Part shown: positions 36,354 through 45,376 of the stretch, piece by piece
How the letters are laid out: each line of letters begins with the position of its first letter
Numbering within the stretch: the stretch's first letter is position 1
From: a virus
Taxonomy: Duplodnaviria; Caudoviricetes
Length of the DNA: 64,000 bases
IMG/VR virus record: IMGVR_UViG_3300037453_000856
Coordinates: 1,092-65,091 of that record
Strand: one strand, 5' to 3'
Notes under the pieces: generated by a model
What the model was told of the DNA's origin: nothing
The model's input: the letters and a program-made list of their open reading frames with translations, nothing else
Databases searched by the model: none
Made by a program: the position numbers and the translations under genes

Positions 36354-36661
36354 CTTTCACATACTTCCGCAGCCTCCTCCCACGTCAGGAAGATATATCT
36401 TTGCGTATGCCTGCCAAGCATTTCCGTGCCGTACTTGACCAGCACCGAATCCTCTCGCTTTTCTATTACTTTTGCGTCTCTCGGATATTTGTTTCCCGCT
36501 CCGTTTACATACGGGTAGTATATCGTGTCTCCTGGTTTTAGCTTTTCATACTCTTTGTCTGTCATTTTCCTTCCTCTATTTTTCGTTCCACCCACACTTG
36601 CTTCATTTCTTCGTAGTCTTTTCTTTCTAGTTCTTCGTCCTTCTTTATTTGCCTTTTCCAT
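36275..36661 (-). CDS. SH3/KOW-like family protein (start approx 36565)
   Basis: MTDKEYEKLKPGDTIYY...IFLTWEEA. Confidence 0.7.
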   Translation of the reverse strand: MEKANKEGRRTRKKRLRRNEASVGGTKNRGRKMTDKEYEKLKPGDTIYYPYVNGAGNKYPRDAKVIEKREDSVLVKYGTEMLGRHTQRYIFLTWEEAAEVCERWDRQEHERRMLAWKHQREEERGKEE

Positions 36662-36873
36662 GCTCTTTTGGCCTTTTCATGCGTCAGGAAGCAGTATTTG
36701 TAAGGTATTGCCTCGCAGCACGCCTCCGCTAAACAAACCATGTCGTGGCCGTTGTATTTTTCCTTGCCTGAAACTTTATCCTCTTCGATCCAAGGATTAG
36801 TTTCCGGGTAGCCTCCCTCGACATAGTAGACAGTTTCTCCGCCTTTCAAGTTGTCGTATTCTTTTCGTGTCAT
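36562..36873 (-). CDS. SH3/KOW-like family protein
   Basis: MTRKEYDNLKGGETVYY...CFLTHEKA. Confidence 0.7.
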   Translation of the reverse strand: MTRKEYDNLKGGETVYYVEGGYPETNPWIEEDKVSGKEKYNGHDMVCLAEACCEAIPYKYCFLTHEKAKRAWKRQIKKDEELERKDYEEMKQVWVERKIEEGK

Positions 36874-36981
36874 TTTTGCTTTTATTGTTAATAGCGGCGG
36901 TCGGCATCGCTGCGTGTCGACATGGGCGTGGATTGTGTCAAAAATGTGTGTTCGTTGCCCATCTGGTCGCCCTTATTGCTG

Positions 36982-37167
36982 CTAAAATCTTCCTATTCTT
37001 ATTCTTCGCTCTTCGTCTTCTTTCTTCAGTCTTGCTTGGCGTTTCTTTTCTCTCGGCATCCACTCAATTTTCTCTTCTTCCCATCGTTTTTCTAAACGAG
37101 CCAGCCACTTTGGCTTTTGTTTTCTTTTGAAGAGCCCCTTGGTAGTTACCTCTTTTCCTTTCGCCAT
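36982..37167 (-). CDS. Small basic protein
   Basis: 61 aa Lys/Arg/Glu-rich. Confidence 0.4.
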   Translation of the reverse strand: MAKGKEVTTKGLFKRKQKPKWLARLEKRWEEEKIEWMPREKKRQARLKKEDEERRIRIGRF

Positions 37168-37296
37168 AAGATTCTCTCTCTTTCTTTTTTCGTTTCTTCA
37201 ATGTACTTTTTTCTTTCTTGCTCAAGCCTTATGTTGTAAATCCACAGCCCTATTGCCGTTCCTAAGCAAGCCCCTAACGTGCATTCCAGTATCTCT

Positions 37297-37509
37297 TTAA
37301 CAGTAATCATCTATTTTGCCGTTTCTTCGCTTTTGCACTTTTCGTTTTAGCTCGTCCAGGATGTACTCTTCGTACTCTAACGCTTGTTTGACTCCTTGCG
37401 CTATCGCAAAGCATAAGAGTAGGGCTGTCCCCAGGCCCATTATTAATGAGAACGCCCCCACAAACGGGAATACCAGCATCTCTTTCAGTGTCATTGCGTC
37501 GCCTTCCAT
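37297..37509 (-). CDS. Small membrane protein
   Basis: LVFPFVGAFSLIMGLGTALLLCFAIA TM segment. Confidence 0.6.
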   Translation of the reverse strand: MEGDAMTLKEMLVFPFVGAFSLIMGLGTALLLCFAIAQGVKQALEYEEYILDELKRKVQKRRNGKIDDYC

Positions 37510-37783
37510 TTCTTAGTTTCTCCAGCTTTTCGGTTAATCTCTTTGCCAGCTCTTCTTCTGCTTCTTTTTTTGTCACGAAGCAATCTTCGGCCTTGAAGTA
37601 TCTACAGTTTTTAGATCTTATCGACTCTTCCAGTACTCTCGGCCTTCCTCTTTTGACCCTCGATCTGAACGTCGTTGTCTCGAATATGTCCGGGAAGAAC
37701 TTTATGATTTCCATGTTTATTTCTACCCCGAACAGCGGCTTTTTCGTCAAGCACACTTTTTTAAACTGCTCTATTGTTACCAT
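37307..37783 (-). CDS. SH3/KOW-like family protein with C-terminal extension overlapping next gene
   Basis: CFVTKKEAEEEL signature in first 90 aa. Confidence 0.55.
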   Translation of the reverse strand: MVTIEQFKKVCLTKKPLFGVEINMEIIKFFPDIFETTTFRSRVKRGRPRVLEESIRSKNCRYFKAEDCFVTKKEAEEELAKRLTEKLEKLRNGRRRNDTERDAGIPVCGGVLINNGPGDSPTLMLCDSARSQTSVRVRRVHPGRAKTKSAKAKKRQNR

Positions 37784-38295
37784 TACGCGTTCCCCACTTG
37801 TTTGCTTAGTCTGTTCATTACGTCTTCTATTTTTTCTTTTTCCTTTTCTTTCTGTCTGTCATACCAGCCAGATTCTTTTTTCAGCAGGTAGATCCTGAAT
37901 GACCCTTCAGTCAGCCCTTCTATTCCGATTGCGATCTTCGCTTTTTCTTCTGCGCTGAGCTCTACGTCTTCCTCTATGTGCTCGATTATACTCTTTGTGC
38001 TTCCCACCACTATGTCGTGGCAGAACGAGTTCACCGCCGATTGCTCTCTTTCGTCTTTTATTTCTTTCGGTTCTTTGCTTTTCCTTATTTTTTCCCTTGT
38101 TTCGTTCAGCTTTTCGAGCGGCGCTCCTGGCTTGTCCATCATTTCTATCAGCTCTCTTATGTTGAGGACGGTCCCTGATAGAATTTTCCCGTTTTCGTCA
38201 TCCTTTTCCCTCGTTATTATTTCTATCGTCCCGTCGTGGAGGTTCGGCATCACCGCGCATTCGCCTTTCGGTTTTTTTCTTTTCTTTTCTTTCAT
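37783..38295 (-). CDS. Hypothetical protein
   Basis: TAATG coupling. Confidence 0.65.
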   Translation of the reverse strand: MKEKKRKKPKGECAVMPNLHDGTIEIITREKDDENGKILSGTVLNIRELIEMMDKPGAPLEKLNETREKIRKSKEPKEIKDEREQSAVNSFCHDIVVGSTKSIIEHIEEDVELSAEEKAKIAIGIEGLTEGSFRIYLLKKESGWYDRQKEKEKEKIEDVMNRLSKQVGNA

Positions 38296-38443
38296 TTTCT
38301 TCGTCTAGTTCTTTAAAAAAGTTTATCAGTTCTTCTTTTGCTTCTTCTATTGCCTCTTCTGGCAATCCTTTTTCTTTTAGCTTTTCAACGAGCTCGAAAT
38401 AATCTTTTCTTCTTCTGGCGAGCTCTTCTTCATTTGGCTTCAT
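38198..38443 (-). CDS. Small Lys/Glu-rich protein
   Basis: GGAG SD; ATGA overlap. Confidence 0.55.
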   Translation of the reverse strand: MKPNEEELARRRKDYFELVEKLKEKGLPEEAIEEAKEELINFFKELDEENERKEKKKTERRMRGDAEPPRRDDRNNNEGKG

Positions 38444-38730
38444 TTTTCTCCGTGGATTGTTTTTTCTCCGGCTTCCGGTTCTTCTTCGTCCGGAAGCTTT
38501 TCAAGGTTCGTGTTGTCCAGAGTATGCCTTATTTTCGGCTCTCTGTCCTCTTCTTCTTCCTCCTCTATGCAGCCTACTTCCCACTCTACTCTCCTCGTTA
38601 CTTCTTCTAGCAGCGTCAGCAGTTTTTCGCAGCACCGCTTTCTCAGCACCGGAGTCGATTCAAATCGCGGGTTTAGCACGTTGTCAAGCAGGAGATGAAG
38701 CTCGGCCAGGTAATCTGGTTTTTCCGTCAT
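38440..38730 (-). CDS. Hypothetical protein
   Basis: ATGA overlap. Confidence 0.6.
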   Translation of the reverse strand: MTEKPDYLAELHLLLDNVLNPRFESTPVLRKRCCEKLLTLLEEVTRRVEWEVGCIEEEEEEDREPKIRHTLDNTNLEKLPDEEEPEAGEKTIHGEK

Positions 38731-38963
38731 TTGAATATCCCCTTTATTTTCTTTATCACTTGATCTGCTTTTAGCGCAATGTAAAGCAGAGCGATTTTCC
38801 AGAAAGGCGTTTTGTCCATTGTCTTTTTCTCCTTTTTGTGCGTTCTTCTTGGATTTCTTTTCTGATCTTTACGCTTTCCTCCTATCTCCATGAACGCCTT
38901 GCGTCCGCTTCCTTTCTTTCCCTTCGGCGTAAAATCTACATACCTTTCCTTAGATTTTATCAT
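38727..38963 (-). CDS. Small basic protein
   Basis: Packed early ORF; GGAGGA upstream. Confidence 0.5.
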   Translation of the reverse strand: MIKSKERYVDFTPKGKKGSGRKAFMEIGGKRKDQKRNPRRTHKKEKKTMDKTPFWKIALLYIALKADQVIKKIKGIFK

Positions 38964-39225
38964 TTTCCTCCTCCTCGTTCAAGTCGTCTTCCTCGCGCCT
39001 TACGCAGCCTTCTTCTTTGTCCCATTCCAGACCGATAAGCGAAGCCAGGAACTCCGGTTCGAACCACATCATGTCGTTGATTTGTGTTTCCGTCAAGTTG
39101 TCGAAGTCTTGTTCCAGCTGCTCTTCAATCATGTCCAGCTCGTGCCATGTGAACTCTTTGGCGTTGTCTTTTGCTCCCGACCAGAAGTCGAAGTGTCTTA
39201 ACTCTCGTTCTACTAAGTATTTCAT
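38950..39225 (-). CDS. Conserved small phage/MGE protein (FDFWSGA...INDMMWFE type)
   Basis: Recognisable FxFWSGA and INDxxWFE motifs; AAGGAG SD. Confidence 0.7.
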   Translation of the reverse strand: MKYLVERELRHFDFWSGAKDNAKEFTWHELDMIEEQLEQDFDNLTETQINDMMWFEPEFLASLIGLEWDKEEGCVRREEDDLNEEEENDKI

Positions 39226-39397
39226 CTTACTTTCTCCTTTTGTTCTATTCTTATTAGTTCTATTTGCACTGCTGTTAGAGCTTCTTTAAGCTTTTGTTCT
39301 AGCTCCTCACAGGCGGCTTTGTGTTGTCTTGTTGATAGCGGTATGTATCTTTTGCTCAGCACATACTCTATCAGGTCTTCCAATCGTTCTGTGTCTA

Positions 39398-39808
39398 TCA
39401 TACCGGCGGCGCCTCATCGTCTTCTCTGTTCCATTTGTCCAGTTTGTACTTGAAGTCTTTTGTCATGTCAAACGGCTCTTTCCACGATATTATTTGTGCT
39501 ATCTTTGACGCCTTTTCTGTTTCTGACATACCTTCCGCTTCCTCTACAATGCGGTTGCTAGGGTCTTTTATTCCCTCTATCATCGCTCTTTTCGCCTCTT
39601 CGAAAGTGTCGTAGTACTTGTCGTAGTAGAAGCCTGACAGCGTTCCTTTTCCTGTCTTGAATATGTCTTTTACAATGTCCGGTGTTCTTAACCCCATCGG
39701 CAGCAAAATCCCGTAAAAGACTTTTTCTTTTCCTTCTTTGCTTAAGTCTATCATTGTTCTGGTATCGGCCTTTCGCAGTCTTTGATTAAATCGTAAGGTT
39801 CTTCCCAA
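39398..39808 (-). CDS. Tandem paralogue A (start approx 39754, MIDLSK)
   Basis: VFYGILLP...LSGFYY...FEEAK...WKEPFD matches neighbour. Confidence 0.7.
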   Translation of the reverse strand: MGRTLRFNQRLRKADTRTMIDLSKEGKEKVFYGILLPMGLRTPDIVKDIFKTGKGTLSGFYYDKYYDTFEEAKRAMIEGIKDPSNRIVEEAEGMSETEKASKIAQIISWKEPFDMTKDFKYKLDKWNREDDEAPPV

Positions 39809-40056
39809 TCCCTTGCTTCTTTGAGCAACGTTTCTTCGTGCTCTTCTTCAAGGTCTTTTAGTAGTTGCGCTTTCGCTGTTTCGAATCTTCTGAATTTCCT
39901 GCTGTACAAGAATCCTGACATTGATCTTCCGTGGCTTATTTTGTCTTTCACTAGGCACCTTTTTCTTAAGTGGTATGGCATCAGGATTGCATAGAATACA
40001 GTCCCTTCTTCGTCGTTTTCTACGTATGGCTTGTTTTCTTCGCTCACGTCAATCAT
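39751..40056 (-). CDS. Tandem paralogue B
   Basis: VFYAILMP...MSGFLY...FETAK...WEEPYD. Confidence 0.7.
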   Translation of the reverse strand: MIDVSEENKPYVENDEEGTVFYAILMPYHLRKRCLVKDKISHGRSMSGFLYSRKFRRFETAKAQLLKDLEEEHEETLLKEARDWEEPYDLIKDCERPIPEQ

Positions 40057-40444
40057 TGCATTTCTCCAGCAGCTTTTCTATTCGTTCTGTTAGCTTTTCC
40101 AGATCTTTTTCGTACTCTTCTGGCGTTTCGCCCTTCATCATGTACTTTGTTAGTTCTCTTTCCGCGTCTTCTATCTTTTTGTTGTACATCTTTACTTTCA
40201 TGTCTTCTTCCTCTGTTTTTTCGTTTTCGTTTAATTTTTTAATTAAATTTTCCAGATCGCCATTTAATTGGTCTATGTTTCTTAATTGTTGTATCGTTAC
40301 CGCTTTTTTTATTGCTTCATTTGTCCAGGCGGCCAGCGCTGCTTCCCTTGATGGGTAGTATTGCTGGTCGCCCTGCCATTCTGTTTCGCTGTGCTTAAAC
40401 GTCCCTAGCGTCTGGCTTAGGTTTGTTATTACTCTGTAGTACAT
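40049..40444 (-). CDS. Hypothetical protein with coiled-coil tail
   Basis: YYPSREAAL family-like motif. Confidence 0.65.
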   Translation of the reverse strand: MYYRVITNLSQTLGTFKHSETEWQGDQQYYPSREAALAAWTNEAIKKAVTIQQLRNIDQLNGDLENLIKKLNENEKTEEEDMKVKMYNKKIEDAERELTKYMMKGETPEEYEKDLEKLTERIEKLLEKCND

Positions 40445-41790
40445 TTCTTTTTACCCTTTGCCGCCGCTTCCAGCGCTTTAACCGCGCTTTCCAGCATCTT
40501 GATCTTATACAGTAGGTAAGCCCTGTATGATTCTTCCGTTCTGTATTCTTTGACCATGGCTTCCAGACGTTCGATAGAGCTCATTTCCTCTTCCGGAACC
40601 TCGTCGTCGCCGTTGGTTCTGCGCTTTTTCGTTACCAGCTCGATTTTTCTGGCTTTGAGTCTTCCGCAGCATCCTTGGTCGATGATGTTTTTCGCCATCT
40701 CCAGGATATCTTTCGGTTCACTCTTCGTTTCGACCGTTACGGCGAAGTACTCCATCGTTTCGTCTCTCATCATCGCCAGCCTGTTATAGTACCCGTGGGC
40801 ACTGCTGTCTCTGACGTTTCGCTTTCTGGAGTCGTCGAGTCTCGAGATGTCGATCTGCGTTAACTGCGGCAGCCTTTCGTCCGGCCTCCTCAGCTTTTCC
40901 GCTATCTCGCCTTCCAGTTCCGCTATGTATCCGACGACCTTTCTGTCGTCGTTCGGATCTCTTTCGATGTCTTCGATCTTTTTGTAACCGCCTACTTCGT
41001 CTGGTGTCATGTTGTTCTTGTGCATCAGTTGCATGCCTATCTTCATCGTGTCCGCCACCTTGACTGCCTCTTCCGCGATTTTGTTTAGGCTTTCTTCAAG
41101 CTTGCTTATCACAAGGCTTGCGTATAGCGTGTACAGCTCTTTCTTTCCGCTGCTGTCCCATTCCGCCTTTCTCATCCATCCGAATTTTCTGGCGAGCATA
41201 CTGTCTTTCGAGTCGCTTCTGCCCAGTTTCCAGTTGCCGCTTGATATTTCCACGCGCATTATGAAGCTTCCTTCCGTGTAGTAGTCGTCCTGCTGCTTTT
41301 CAATCAGCACTTCTATGCCTCCGCCTTCCTCGGCTCCTAATCCGCTTCCTTTTTTGAGCTCGAACAGATGCCTTCTCCCTGCGCAACAGCTGTTCCAGTC
41401 TTCCCAGCCCGGCGTATTCCATATTCTGTTGTACTCTTCTCCTTCGAGCTTGTACCAGTTCTTTTCCGTCACTCTTACTGTGTAGTCTTTCGGTTTATTT
41501 ATCAACTCTGCTGTCACACTTACTCTTTTCGCCTTTTCTTTGATTTCCTTGGCTTCTTGCGTTAGGTGCGAGCATTTGTCGAGTTCGATGAATCTGTCTA
41601 TCACCGTCGCTGAAATGTACATGTCAGCGTGTCCGCTGTCCAGGTCTCCCTTGATTATCATTGGCGTGCATCTGTTTCCCACCAGAACCAGCGTGCCTTT
41701 TTTCACCTTCCCCGATTCTCCCTCCGCCATCATGACTTCGGTTCTCGGATAATAACCTTTGTTGTTTCTTAAAACATCATTAATGTCCAT
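40429..41790 (-). CDS. Hypothetical protein (453 aa)
   Basis: Long ORF, AAGGAG SD; no motif recognised. Confidence 0.75.
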   Translation of the reverse strand: MDINDVLRNNKGYYPRTEVMMAEGESGKVKKGTLVLVGNRCTPMIIKGDLDSGHADMYISATVIDRFIELDKCSHLTQEAKEIKEKAKRVSVTAELINKPKDYTVRVTEKNWYKLEGEEYNRIWNTPGWEDWNSCCAGRRHLFELKKGSGLGAEEGGGIEVLIEKQQDDYYTEGSFIMRVEISSGNWKLGRSDSKDSMLARKFGWMRKAEWDSSGKKELYTLYASLVISKLEESLNKIAEEAVKVADTMKIGMQLMHKNNMTPDEVGGYKKIEDIERDPNDDRKVVGYIAELEGEIAEKLRRPDERLPQLTQIDISRLDDSRKRNVRDSSAHGYYNRLAMMRDETMEYFAVTVETKSEPKDILEMAKNIIDQGCCGRLKARKIELVTKKRRTNGDDEVPEEEMSSIERLEAMVKEYRTEESYRAYLLYKIKMLESAVKALEAAAKGKKKCTTE

Positions 41791-42037
41791 TGTTTTTCTC
41801 CTTTGTTATGTAATCTATTCTTTTGTTAACTTCTTCTAGAGCGTTTTCCAGTTTTAATTTCAGGCGCGCCAGCGCTTCTTCTTCGTTATCGAACCACCAG
41901 TAGTCGTTCCATTTGATCTTGTCGTACATTTTGTCTTTAATGTCTGCTACCCGCAAAGGTAGCAGACTTTTTTCGACTACATAGCTTGTGGCTTTCTTTC
42001 GGAAAGCCTCTTGGATTTCCCACGGGATCAGTTCCAT
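41780..42037 (-). CDS. Small SH3-like family protein
   Basis: WWFDNEEEALARL signature. Confidence 0.6.
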   Translation of the reverse strand: MELIPWEIQEAFRKKATSYVVEKSLLPLRVADIKDKMYDKIKWNDYWWFDNEEEALARLKLKLENALEEVNKRIDYITKEKNNGH

Positions 42038-43104
42038 TGTTCGCTGCTCCTTTTGGTGGTCCTTCTCAGATACGGCGTACCTTCCGACGTTTCCGTGTAT
42101 TCCGCGACGTCGTCAGCGGTTGCTCCGAGCTTCTGAGCCAGCTCTTTCCACTTCACCGTTGTCCGTTTGGCTTTCACGATCTTGTAGTTCGCGCTGCCTC
42201 CCTTCTCGATGATGTAGTTTGTCACCACTTTCTTCTTTTCTTTGATGAAGTCCTCTATGGTCGCTATTTTGTCCAGAGCCTTGTCTGCGTATGTCAGAGC
42301 CTCTTCGACGTTCGCGTCCTTGAACGCGTACTTCGTTGTGAGTTCCGCGCCTTCTTTCCCAAGCACCACCGTTATAGCGTCTTCGCACATGCGTCTCCAA
42401 GCTGGGCAGTTCATCTTGTTGCAGAAGCGACAGTTATCAGCGCTCGGGATAGCGTCTTTATCAGTGGCCGCGTGAGCTGCCATCTCTATACCGACGATAT
42501 TCGCAAGGAAGTTGTTTTCGCTTTCTTCCCTTGTCACCTTCCAGGCGCTCGGGTCTTCGATTTCTTCCCAGCTCATACAAGCCGGCTGGATGATCAGGAC
42601 CTTCAACGCTTTCAGGGTTTTTACACCCTGAAAAGCTCCTTCCACGTATGCTTGCAACTGGAGGTTTGTCGGGCTGTCGTTCACTCTCATACTTCCAAAC
42701 TTCCAGTCGATAAGCACGCCTTCTGTTTTGTCGTCGTTGAGCAGCAGGTAGTCGAGCGTTCCTCTCGTAATCTCTCGGTTTCCGAAAACGACGCTCACAG
42801 GAAGTTCCTGGAGGAGCTGTTCGCCTTCTTCCGTCTGGCCTTCTACGAATATCGCCCTGAGGCGCTTTACCGTTTCTATGTCTTCTTTGCTGATGTTGTA
42901 TCCATCAGAAAGCGCTTTTTCAATTCCGTTCGCCATCGCGTAGTGCATCGCTGTGCCACGCTCTGAGTCGCTTGATTTTTCTTCCTCCCAGTTCAGACAG
43001 TTGAACCACGAGTAAGGGCAAGCGCTGATTTGAGGCATCTTTGACGGCCTCACGAGTCTCTCGTCGGGGACTCTTATGATTTCTTCAGTCTTGTTTTCGC
43101 TCAT
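42028..43104 (-). CDS. Cas4/RecB-like PD-(D/E)XK exonuclease with 4Fe-4S cysteines
   Basis: ACPYS, ERGTAMH, RGTLDYL, LIDWKFG, QLQAY, CRFC...CP. Confidence 0.85.
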   Translation of the reverse strand: MSENKTEEIIRVPDERLVRPSKMPQISACPYSWFNCLNWEEEKSSDSERGTAMHYAMANGIEKALSDGYNISKEDIETVKRLRAIFVEGQTEEGEQLLQELPVSVVFGNREITRGTLDYLLLNDDKTEGVLIDWKFGSMRVNDSPTNLQLQAYVEGAFQGVKTLKALKVLIIQPACMSWEEIEDPSAWKVTREESENNFLANIVGIEMAAHAATDKDAIPSADNCRFCNKMNCPAWRRMCEDAITVVLGKEGAELTTKYAFKDANVEEALTYADKALDKIATIEDFIKEKKKVVTNYIIEKGGSANYKIVKAKRTTVKWKELAQKLGATADDVAEYTETSEGTPYLRRTTKRSSEQWN

Positions 43105-43282
43105 TTTCTTGTTCCTTTAAAGTTTTATATTCGATGATTTCGTCTCTTGCTTGCAGAAGTTCTTTCGTTGCTTTTTCCAGCAACATTTCTCTTATTTGCG
43201 GAATCGATTCTTCTTCCGCCTCTTTTAGGGCTAGCAGCGCCCTTTTTGCGAGCGCTGCTACCTTTACCACCAGCGATCCCAT
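43085..43282 (-). CDS. Small helical protein
   Basis: TAATG coupling to annealase. Confidence 0.6.
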   Translation of the reverse strand: MGSLVVKVAALAKRALLALKEAEEESIPQIREMLLEKATKELLQARDEIIEYKTLKEQENERKQD

Positions 43283-43998
43283 TACAAGCCCCTTCTGCCG
43301 GGGAACCTGTTGTTCCCGTTGAAACCGCCGCCGTTGTCTTCGTCAGGCGCGTCGACTTGGGCTTCGGTGTCTCCGTACGTGTAGACCGTTTTCTTCAGCG
43401 TCCTGTTGTAGATGGCGAGAGCGACGATCTTCTTGTCCACTATTTTGATTTCCTGGACTTCGAATTTGTCGTACTTGTCTCTGAACAATCCGCTCTTGAT
43501 CCAGATGAACGGAGCCGTGTACAGCTCTCTTCCGATGCCCCAGTTGAAGCACGCGCGCTTAAAGCTGTCTGAAGCGAGGCCTTTCTCTGCTTCGGTGTTT
43601 GATTCCGTGCCGGTGTCTTCTTTGCTCACCCAGTCGTACTTGCTGTCGTCCCAAATTGACACCGTACAGTTGGCGTTGTCGCGGCTGTGCGCTCTCTTCC
43701 AGTTGAACGGGCCTACTGTCTCGTCGAGCACGTTCATGTCACATCTGGCGTCTTTGTAAAGGAGGAGCGACAAGCCCGTTTCCTTCACCGTCGAGATTCT
43801 GCAATCAATTTCGTCGGCTCTCAGGTCCCTGAACTCCAGGCGTTTAGCCTTCGGCGTTTCCCGTTCTGGTTCGGGTTTGTCAGCGACGATCTGGTTTTGT
43901 TCCTGCTGTTCTCGTTTTACATCCTCTTCGTCGAAGAAAAGGTCCTGCTGTTCTTCCGGGTCTCTCTGGATGAATTTACTAACTTTTTCTAACGTCAT
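43282..43998 (-). CDS. Rad52/Rad22-family (Sak-like) ssDNA annealing protein
   Basis: YKDARCDMNVLDETVGPFNW, WVSKEDTG, EKGLASDSFKRACFNWGIGRELY. Confidence 0.9.
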   Translation of the reverse strand: MTLEKVSKFIQRDPEEQQDLFFDEEDVKREQQEQNQIVADKPEPERETPKAKRLEFRDLRADEIDCRISTVKETGLSLLLYKDARCDMNVLDETVGPFNWKRAHSRDNANCTVSIWDDSKYDWVSKEDTGTESNTEAEKGLASDSFKRACFNWGIGRELYTAPFIWIKSGLFRDKYDKFEVQEIKIVDKKIVALAIYNRTLKKTVYTYGDTEAQVDAPDEDNGGGFNGNNRFPGRRGL

Positions 43999-44003
43999 AG
44001 TTC

Positions 44004-44411
44004 TTACTCCTCAGTTATGATTGATTTGAATTTTTCTATCGCTTCTTTGTAGTCTGTTGGGTTTACATTTTCAAGTTGCTTTTTATAAGCTTCTTTCCTT
44101 TCTTGCTTTTTGCTGTGGTATTTTCCGGCTGCTTCCAGTAAGTCTCCGTCGCTTTCTTCCAGCATCTTGTCAAGATACGCTTCTGCTGTTTCGTACTGCT
44201 CTTTCGGCGTCGTTCCCAGTTCTTTTCCCAGCCACTTGGCTGTTCCTTCCGACATTCCGAATAAGCCCCAGCTTGTTCCGTCCTTGTGCCAGCCTTCGAT
44301 TTTACCTGAAGATTCCACGCACATTATTTGGAACATGACGGCTTCTTTTGGGGACACATTTGCCCCCAAAAGTAAGCCTAATTGCATTGCGAAGATTAGG
44401 AGCGCTTCCAT
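44004..44411 (-). CDS. Lytic transglycosylase (SLT-like) with hydrophobic SAR/signal-like N-terminus
   Basis: IMCVESSG catalytic Glu, WGLFGM, AAGKYHS. Confidence 0.7.
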   Translation of the reverse strand: MEALLIFAMQLGLLLGANVSPKEAVMFQIMCVESSGKIEGWHKDGTSWGLFGMSEGTAKWLGKELGTTPKEQYETAEAYLDKMLEESDGDLLEAAGKYHSKKQERKEAYKKQLENVNPTDYKEAIEKFKSIITEE

Positions 44412-44674
44412 TAGAACGGTCCCTCTTCGCTGTTGTTCCGTCCGCCGTCTTCTTTTCCGGCTTTGTAGTCCGGAGCGACGTAGACATAGAAGTCAGGCGA
44501 CTTTTCGTCTTTCTTGAAACCGTTCTGGAGAACGTAAAGCTTGGCGTCTCCGAGCTTGCCACTCAGGATGAGCCTGCCTTCTTTGTCTTCAGAGTTCCAC
44601 AAGCAACCGATTTTCACTAAATCCATTTTGCGGTTTTCGCCTTTGTTGCCGTAACGATTGTTTTGATAGGCCAT
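44411..44674 (-). CDS. Small SSB-like protein (DUF736-like)
   Basis: KIGCLW...LSGKL...KSPDFYVY; acidic tail ending EEGPF like SSB tips; next to annealase. Confidence 0.55.
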   Translation of the reverse strand: MAYQNNRYGNKGENRKMDLVKIGCLWNSEDKEGRLILSGKLGDAKLYVLQNGFKKDEKSPDFYVYVAPDYKAGKEDGGRNNSEEGPF

Positions 44675-44683
44675 AATTTTCTC

Positions 44684-45370
44684 CTATTTTAGTTTGATGG
44701 TTATTTCTTTGACTTCGCCTTTTTCGTCTCTGTGCAATATGACTTCTGCGCACGTTGTTATGTCCGCGTCTGTCATCACGAAGCCGGCTACGTCTTCGAA
44801 CTTGTTGCTTTTCAGTGAGCCTGCGTTGTCTCTCGCGTTGGCTATCACCTTTTTCAGCAGGTCTATTTTTGTTTCTATTCCCAGCTCTTCCTTGCTGTAG
44901 AGATAATCAGGGTCTCCGAACATGAAGAAGCCCGATCGTATCTTGTATATTCCCAGTCTGTCTTGCTTCAGCTCTTTTTCTTTCGGCGGTTCCTGTGCTT
45001 CTTCTTCCGGCTCTTTTTCCTTCTCCGACTTTCTGTACGGAAGCTTGCTTCCTATTCCGTACTTGTAGTACCAATCCATCGCCGCCTGCTTCGCTTCGTT
45101 GTAGTCGCAAAATTCCAGCTCGAAGTTTTCTCCGACTATTGCGTATACCTTTACGCTCGTTCCTTTTTTCAGGTCTCTTTGTCCGAATACGCACGGTGCC
45201 CCAGGCTCTGCCTGGAGCAGCAGCGTGCCTCCTTCGCTTATGAATCCTGTTACTTGCGTTGACGAGAAGTCGTAGTCCAGCTGTTTACCCGTCCAATATA
45301 GCCTCGCGCCCCATGGTTTTCCCCAAAGTTTTGGGTCTTTTCCTTTGAAGTCGCATTTTACTGTTCCCAT
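44684..45370 (-). CDS. Hypothetical protein
   Basis: 228-aa ORF in operon. Confidence 0.7.
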   Translation of the reverse strand: MGTVKCDFKGKDPKLWGKPWGARLYWTGKQLDYDFSSTQVTGFISEGGTLLLQAEPGAPCVFGQRDLKKGTSVKVYAIVGENFELEFCDYNEAKQAAMDWYYKYGIGSKLPYRKSEKEKEPEEEAQEPPKEKELKQDRLGIYKIRSGFFMFGDPDYLYSKEELGIETKIDLLKKVIANARDNAGSLKSNKFEDVAGFVMTDADITTCAEVILHRDEKGEVKEITIKLK

Positions 45371-45376
45371 GTTTTT

